Position numbers and translations under genes: made by a program | The notes under the pieces: generated by a model | Databases searched by the model: none | Seen by the model: only the letters and a program-made list of their open reading frames with translations | Told to the model about the DNA's origin: nothing | Assembly: GCF_009914755.1 (NCBI RefSeq) | Contig: NC_060925.1 | Direction: 5' to 3' (one strand) | Origin: the human T2T-CHM13v2.0 reference genome, Homo sapiens | Length of the DNA: 64,000 bases | In this document: positions 62,389 to 64,000 of the stretch, piece after piece | Layout: every line of letters begins with the position of its first letter | Numbering within the stretch: position 1 is the first letter of the stretch

Positions 62389-64000
62389 CTTGGGAACTTT
62401 TTATCATGATTGAAACCTGCACAAGCATCGTAGGAGAGATGGAACTGCCTTCACCTTACACTGGCAGAACTGAGGCTCTGAGAGGCTCTCAGTGAGGAGT
62501 CATAAGGGAACTTTTTATTTGAGCGCCAGGTGTGATTGACTTAGGGGTATAAGAAGTAGAACTTTCTTTCTCTTCAATCCGGAGCTGTGTCTAAGCTGGG
62601 ATGGGAGATAAATGTACGTGCAGCTAAGGCTTGGTAGGTCCATGTGTGTGTGTTCCCAGGCATGTTTTCTACATGGATCACGTTGCAACACCCATTGTCC
62701 TTTTTGCTCTGAGTGGCCCTTCTGGGGCTGACATCTCTCTCTCTCTGCTTCTTCTGGGCATTACTAGAAAGGCAAGAATTGTTCTGCAGAGTTGGGTTCA
62801 CAGTGCGGCTCGGGGTCATTTGGTCACTGGGCTCTGGCCACCATCTGCAGAGCCAGAGGTGTCTCTGCAGTTACCATTCACTCCATCTTTCCTCCCCTGC
62901 CAGCCTCGGAAGCCTGTTGTCTGCCTAACCAACAATCTGCTTGAATTGGGAGAGAGAGAATAGCAAAAGGGAAAATACCCAGAGAGAAACAAATGAATCA
63001 ATGATTTAGATACCTATTTCTGGAGTGCCTTTTATGTAGCACTGTTTTAGGCCCTGGGGTAACAGCTCTGTGCAGGCTGACACAGTCTCTTCTCCCAAAG
63101 TGACCTCCAGGGGGCAGACAGTGATTGTTATAATGCTTAATATGCATGGAGCCCTACTATGTGCAGGGCCCTGTGTCAACTCATTTACTACTTCCGACAG
63201 TGTAATGATATAAATGCTTCTGTTATCTTCATTGTATAGGCGAGGAAACAGAGGCACAGGGAGGCTCTGTATCTTGCCCAAGCTAGTAGCTAATGGAGGT
63301 AGGATTCCAATTCAGACAGTCTGAAAATTAAGCAAGGCCATGGGGTGCAGAAGGGTTGACTTCCTCAGGGAGGAAGTGGTCTTCTAGCTGAGACCTGCCT
63401 AATGAGAAGCAGCTGTGCCTAGATCTGGGGGATGAGTCTTGCAAGCAGTAAGATTACTACAGCAAGTGCAAAGGCTGAGACAAGAATGAACTTGATGTGG
63501 TCAAGAGCTGGAAAGGAAGCCTCTATGACTAGGAGGGCAGGAATGAAGAGGAGAGAATGGAAGGAGGTGAGGGGAAGGGTGGATGGACCCAGGTTGGCAA
63601 TATAAAACCCTTTAAGGGGTTTGCAGCCATTGGGCTTCTTCCCTTGCTCGGGCAAGGCCAAGCCCTATGCCCATAAACCCCAAAAGGTCATTATCTTTCT
63701 GTCTCCATGGGTGGCTAGGGCATCCATTGAGGGGCTGCCCCTAATCTCCCACTGGTCCCACTGGTCCTGGGACCCTGATGACCATCCACTTTCTGGAATG
63801 TTGGGGAGGATGCCAAGGGAGGGCCTAGGGCCCAGAGAAACCCTTTAAACTAAATGCGGGGTGGGCAGGAGGTGTTGACCCGTGAGTCAGAGGCCAGGTA
63901 GTGCAAAGGCACTTTAATTGGGGTCATTAAGATCACCAAGCTTTGATGCCCCAACCCTGAGTCAAGCCGTCCCGTTGACCCCCCTCAACTTCCTGGCCTC

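Overview
Primate, almost certainly human, genomic DNA from the ZCCHC17-FABP3 locus (chr1p35 from recall). The + strand carries the last five exons of ZCCHC17/pNO40 (3390-3490, 5172-5263, 12914-13014, 15103-15248, 30302-30463), which encode part of the S1 domain, a CCHC knuckle and a Lys/Ser-rich tail. The convergent - strand carries the complete four-exon FABP3 (heart FABP) gene (39278-32157) with its CpG-rich TATA/CArG-like promoter. The remaining ~24 kb is FABP3 upstream/intergenic DNA. The window is dense in Alu (~50 copies or fragments), L1, L2, MIR, LTR (MSTA, MER41, MER39) and DNA transposons (MER1B, MER45A, MER63). The most notable observations are: (1) in-frame FABP3 alternative terminal-exon candidates lying antisense inside the last ZCCHC17 intron, plus back-to-back poly(A) signals, suggesting an interlocked sense/antisense 3' architecture; (2) a 1.27-kb minisatellite with stop-free mucin-like and His-rich frames, bracketed by a 39-bp direct repeat; (3) a tailless 5S rRNA retrocopy with TSDs; (4) an orphan exact 29-bp copy of a nearby LTR end; (5) a perfect 70-bp AT palindrome and a palindromic ERR element. 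No prokaryotic-type system is present. Repeat family calls and boundaries were made by eye and are approximate.
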